Shown piece by piece: positions 62,089 through 64,000 of a DNA stretch of 64,000 bases (position 1 is the first letter of the stretch; every line of letters begins with the position of its first letter). A program made the position numbers and the translations under genes. The notes under the pieces are model-generated. The model worked only from the letters and a program-made list of their open reading frames with translations. It did not search any database and was not told the origin of the DNA. Source of the stretch: Gammaproteobacteria bacterium (GTDB lineage: Bacteria; Pseudomonadota; Gammaproteobacteria; UBA4575); the NCBI GenBank assembly GCA_026706595.1, contig JAPOYL010000011.1:146946-210945 (forward strand). The letters run 5' to 3'.

Positions 62089-63537
62089 ATGAATAACAAT
62101 AAAGCAGGATTTTCATTACTATCTTCGACCATATTTATACTCGTTGCCGTACTCGCCTTGTCCGCCTGTGGTGGTGGAGGTGGCAGTAGCGAGGATGTGC
62201 CGCGATCATCCGACTACAATACTCTGAATACTGTCACAGGCGTTTTGAATTCCGGCTCGGTCAACTCCCAGTCTATACTGAGCAACTCGAATACTGCACA
62301 AGCGATCCGCAGTGCCATCGGTGTGGCCTCGGGGGTAAACCCCCCTGCTCATAACGGTGCACCCACAGGCATAACGGCGACAAGGGGGGCAGTGAACCAG
62401 GCCGACATCACCTTCACTCCAAGTCCTAGCACGCCGTGGATTCGCTCCGGTACGGCCCCCGGGGCTTCAACGGTTCCCTGGTTTGAGGGGTCGAAGTGGA
62501 CCCGCAAGCGTCCAGTGGTGGTGGACGATCCGCCCTCGAACCCTGACGTGCCGGAGACGGTCTGGGTCTGGACGGATATCGATGGGCCGAGTGCGGAGCA
62601 CGTCACTGTGGGCAACCCCCTGGACAGGGACACCAATAGTGATGAAAGCCCCGATGCCATCGACATTACAGCGGCCCGTTTGAACCTTGTGTCGAATATC
62701 GGGCGTGCCCCGGAAGATCCGCGTGAGGACGATGCCCAATCCGTGAATCCGGTTGACCGTGGTGTATTTGGTGAGGACAGGACCTTCAATCAGGGCCACG
62801 AAATTTCCGGGCGCTTCAATGGTGCATATGGTCTTTACAGTTGCGTTAGCACAACCTGCTCGATCAATATCAGCAGCACTCCTGGCGTGGGTATCACGGA
62901 GATGAGGGGCTGGGTGTTCACGCCGAAGTCCGAGACCGGGGCGGGGGGGGGCACGCGCCCGCCGCAGATTCTTGTCCCGGACAACGACTATCAGTATTTC
63001 GGCATCTGGCTGCGTGGCCCGGACCCGTCCGCCGATGACGGGTTCGAGGTTGCGACCTTCTCCGGCGGCTCACAGCCGTTTACTGGGACAGTTACCGCGC
63101 TCTCCGGCCGGGCGTTCTATTCGGGTCCGGTCGCCGGACAATATGTGCAGGACAGTGGTAGCAGTTCGAGCACTGGCCTGTTTACGGCGAAGGCGCAATT
63201 GCAGGCCACCTTCGGGGGGACACCTGGAGTCACTGGCACGCTGTCGGATTTCCGGGACGGTAGTCGCGATTTGGGCTGGAGCCTGACCCTTCAACGGGCA
63301 CCGGTTTCAGGTGTCAATTTCTCGGGCGTGAGCAAGGGTCTAAGCCGGGCCGGGACCTATCGAGGCACGACTGGCTACGAGGACAAAGGCAATGACAATT
63401 TCGGTCGCTGGCAGGGACAGTTCAACGGTAACCGGAATGACGGATATCCGGACGGAATCTCAGGTCGTTTCAACGCCAGATTCGATGATGGCCTGGCAGT
63501 TGGCGCTTTCGGTGCGAGAAAAACGCCTGTTCCTTGA
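62089..63537 (+). CDS. Lipoprotein with TbpB-like handle/barrel domains
   Basis: Lipobox LSAC then GGGGGS; GRAFYSGPVAGQY, GLFTAKAQLQATFG, GRWQGQF.G, AVGAFGA; paralog of 54151-55641. Confidence 0.82.
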   Translation: MNNNKAGFSLLSSTIFILVAVLALSACGGGGGSSEDVPRSSDYNTLNTVTGVLNSGSVNSQSILSNSNTAQAIRSAIGVASGVNPPAHNGAPTGITATRGAVNQADITFTPSPSTPWIRSGTAPGASTVPWFEGSKWTRKRPVVVDDPPSNPDVPETVWVWTDIDGPSAEHVTVGNPLDRDTNSDESPDAIDITAARLNLVSNIGRAPEDPREDDAQSVNPVDRGVFGEDRTFNQGHEISGRFNGAYGLYSCVSTTCSINISSTPGVGITEMRGWVFTPKSETGAGGGTRPPQILVPDNDYQYFGIWLRGPDPSADDGFEVATFSGGSQPFTGTVTALSGRAFYSGPVAGQYVQDSGSSSSTGLFTAKAQLQATFGGTPGVTGTLSDFRDGSRDLGWSLTLQRAPVSGVNFSGVSKGLSRAGTYRGTTGYEDKGNDNFGRWQGQFNGNRNDGYPDGISGRFNARFDDGLAVGAFGARKTPVP

Positions 63538-63756
63538 TAGGAAGAAACAGGCCTTACGGCCTTACCTGCCAAATCGCAACCGCATAAACGGCTCGCTCCA
63601 CAGCCTCATTGAGGCGGGAATGAGGCCCAAGACATCGGCAGGTGTTGTGACTGGCACAGTGTCCTTGGCTACAGGGCCACTGTTTGTGGATTTGAGAAAC
63701 TTGGTAGTGTGTCCGTTTGAGATTTTGGGGTTCACAGGTACGGTAAGCTGGCAGGC

Positions 63757-64000
63757 CTACTGAACTGCCATCGGCGCCAAGAGCCTTGTGCCGTCAAGCG
63801 TCTTGTAGCAGGCCCCCAGTCCCTCGCCGGATTCCGTTCCCAGGTAGTCTCTCAGCCCTTCAGACATTTTCTCTCCATCTGACCCTCCGCACGTTATAGG
63901 CATACCGTTCGTGTCTATCGCATCTCTCGGTATCAGAACATGCGGGCATAGCACCAGGGGATGGTCCTTGATTCTGGAAGGCTCCCCTATCCAGAAACCG
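63757..64000 (-). CDS. Hypothetical protein, 3' end (partial or pseudogene)
   Basis: Open frame running off the window end; no family recognised. Confidence 0.3.
   Translation of the reverse strand, partial: GFWIGEPSRIKDHPLVLCPHVLIPRDAIDTNGMPITCGGSDGEKMSEGLRDYLGTESGEGLGACYKTLDGTRLLAPMAVQ

Larger units (their letters stand above)
33889..64000. mobile_element. Putative genomic island / accessory region (right end outside window)
   Basis: Abrupt end of core genes, AT-rich boundary, heterogeneous composition, R-M genes and stubs, pseudogenes, phage-like fragments; no integrase inside the window. Confidence 0.6.

Noticed and set aside
63560-63760. Open frame continuing after the TAG of the terminal partial ORF
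   Set aside because: Could be a pseudogene continuation, but I recognise no protein family and the 5' part is outside the window.

Overview
Gammaproteobacterial chromosome segment in two parts. Bases 1-33.8 kb are core genome: folK(3' end)-dNK-panB-panC-pgi, queG, nnr-tsaE-amiB, a three-gene insertion (sohB, RibD-like reductase, hypothetical), mutL-miaA-hfq-hflXKC-DUF2065-hisZ-purA, DUF411, tRNA-Leu(CAG), rnr, rpsF-rpsR-DUF2232-rplI-dnaB, fadD, ispG, a YeiH/USP operon and tRNA-Arg(CCT). From about 33.9 kb to the window end is an accessory, partly decayed island, bounded on the left by a 24-bp remnant of a tRNA 3' end (att-like). It carries a TcmP/DUF5131/adenine-MTase trio, a type IIG-like R-M gene split at a C6 tract, several R-M gene stubs and phage-like remnants. 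It also carries orphan solute-binding proteins, a porin, an autotransporter with a C9 tract at its start, three TbpB-barrel-like (Slam/T11SS-type) lipoproteins and a truncated Slam. The strongest novelty candidate is an operon at 58.4-61.7 kb: a GPP34/GOLPH3-like domain fused to a bis-His di-heme-b-type membrane domain, followed by an 11-heme c-type cytochrome and a DUF3365 heme protein. All family assignments come from recognising motifs by eye; no database searches were run.
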